Origin: Eledone cirrhosa
Taxonomy: Eukaryota
Length of the DNA: 64,000 nucleotides
Assembly: GCA_964016885.1 (NCBI GenBank)
Contig: OZ024755.1
Location: 10,540,001-10,604,000 of the forward strand
Direction: 5' to 3'
In this document: positions 62,501-64,000 of the stretch, piece after piece
Layout of the letters: each line of letters starts with the position of its first letter
Numbering within the stretch: the stretch's first letter is position 1
Notes under the pieces: generated by a model
What the model was told of the DNA's origin: nothing
The model's input: the letters and a program-made list of their open reading frames with translations, nothing else
Databases searched by the model: none
Program-made: the position numbers and the translations under genes

Positions 62501-62946
62501 AAAGATAATAAAAATGTAGCTGTATATAGAGGTTTCTTAGAAGGAAAGGTATAGTCCTGTAGAGAGAATGTTTATATATTTTTCTAGGTTTATAGAAAGA
62601 AATTTGAGTTATATTTCTTAGAAAGTATGTATATAGTATCTAGATGGATTAGTTTCTGTCTCAAAAATATCTGCTAGTGTTGACAATGTTTACTATGTAT
62701 TCAATAAAGAAAGATCTACAGAATGATGTTTATAGATAGAAATTTGAGTTGTATTTCTTAGAAAGTATGTATATAGTGGGGGGGGGGGGGGCTTAGTTTA
62801 GTTTCTTAGAAGAGGTAACACAATTTGTATGTGTAGTTTGTATTATATTTTATTTAAAAGAAAACATGTACTTAGTTTAATTTCTTAGAAGAGGTAACAC
62901 AATTTGTATGGTATTTTTTTTATTTAAAAGAAAACATGCGTCGAGA
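59463..62946. repeat. Tandem triplication of a ~1.2-1.3-kb unit containing SINE fragments
   Basis: Marker aattgctggc.ttgtgc.aaatctagaaacaat near 59477, 60685 and 61975; each unit has a CORE-like segment (acactttatttcacgttgctcca), an internal ~120-bp duplication and a G-run. Confidence 0.95.
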
Positions 62947-63948
62947 GATTGGAGATGTTCCAGAAAGCCACATAAAATACCCCTTCACAGTAACACAATA
63001 TCCAAAGTGTGAGAGTTATTGATATAAAGTGTGTATTTAATAAAACGTAAGATAGTTCGAGTGTAGAGCAAAGAAAACATTACATACCTTCATATACGAG
63101 GAAAGCAATATCCAAAATGAATTTTTTTTCAAAGAACCGGAAGTCAATCGAAAAAAGAGAAGAGTTAAATAAAGAGGAAGTAACTCTAAATAAAGGAAGA
63201 GCAAAAAATGATTGCTTGAGCGGACCAGAATATAGCAGACGGCATATAGTTCAGGCGGCCGAGGCTGCGTGCTCGTGATTCGATCTTCCGACACATAGAA
63301 TGGCCACGCCATACATAAGTAGGCGATGAAATCCGAACCGTTAAGCGTGTCGCCACGCGGAGCCGCAACAGTTGTCATTAAATTAGTTATACTTATAGCT
63401 AAAATTTGCTTCGTTTGTTTGTTTTTTAAATGTAGAAGCGGAAAGAAAGCTAGATAACACGCCTCAAAATATTTTCGTGTGTTACCTTACTCTCATTCCG
63501 TTTCTATATTTAAATTAATTTAAAAACTACTAGTATTTAGTAGATATAAGCCGAACAATTAATATGTAAGATAATATACATGTTTCTGTAAACTCAAAAA
63601 TTAGTATATATATATATATAAAGTTTGTTCTAAGTTTATCATCGGGTTTCCTTGTTAAGTATCTCAAAGTACAAGACTCTCCCTCGATAGGATACGGTCT
63701 ATCGCAGGATTAACTCCTTAATTAATGAGTGTACTGGAACAACATGAAATACAATTTTTTTTCTTTTACACTTCAGTGTGTTGGCTGCAATGAACACAGA
63801 AAGAAGTATACAGCAAATTTCTTCCAGAGAAAGTGTTCAACAAAGTCGACAGGCGTCGCTCAACTGGCCATATATATATATATATTTATATATATATGGC
63901 CAGTTGACATACATATATATATATATATACATACATATATATATATAC

Positions 63949-63982
<34 letters not shown>

Positions 63983-64000
63983 ATATACATACATATATAT

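Larger units (their letters stand above)
55409..63506. mobile_element. ~8.1-kb fold-back-like structure bounded by ~400-bp imperfect inverted repeats
   Basis: 55409-55805 aligns to the reverse complement of 63122-63506 (tagaaacggaatgag..ttgcggct..cgtggcga..aacgg.tcgga..tttatttaactct..ttgacttccggtt); no ORF inside. Confidence 0.6.

Overview
Eukaryotic, very AT-rich, repeat-dominated window with no intact protein-coding gene that I can support. The SINE families and the (TA)n/(ATGT)n landscape look like an octopod cephalopod genome (inference from recalled repeat consensus, not a search). Nearly all long ORFs in the track are translations of microsatellites. Real content: (i) many Penelope-like element (PLE) relics inserted in (TA)n tracts, several carrying recognisable minimal type I hammerhead ribozymes from at least five unrelated sequence families. 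Some are arranged as near-perfect 300-350 bp palindromes, two have a compensatory U3-A8 core, and one retains a GIY-YIG endonuclease pseudogene. (ii) Four copies of a ~600 bp non-autonomous RTE-derived element with a possible HDV-like ribozyme at its 5' end. (iii) tRNA-derived SINEs, decayed RTE, L1/Tx1 and pogo/Tigger fragments, and a tRNA-like cloverleaf. (iv) A 1.71 kb tandem duplication. (v) An ~8.1 kb fold-back-like structure (55409-63506) bounded by ~400 bp imperfect inverted repeats with terminal hairpins, enclosing a ~3 kb 40-bp satellite, a central inverted SINE pair and a ~1.2-1.3 kb triplication. Coordinates and identities were read by eye and are approximate.
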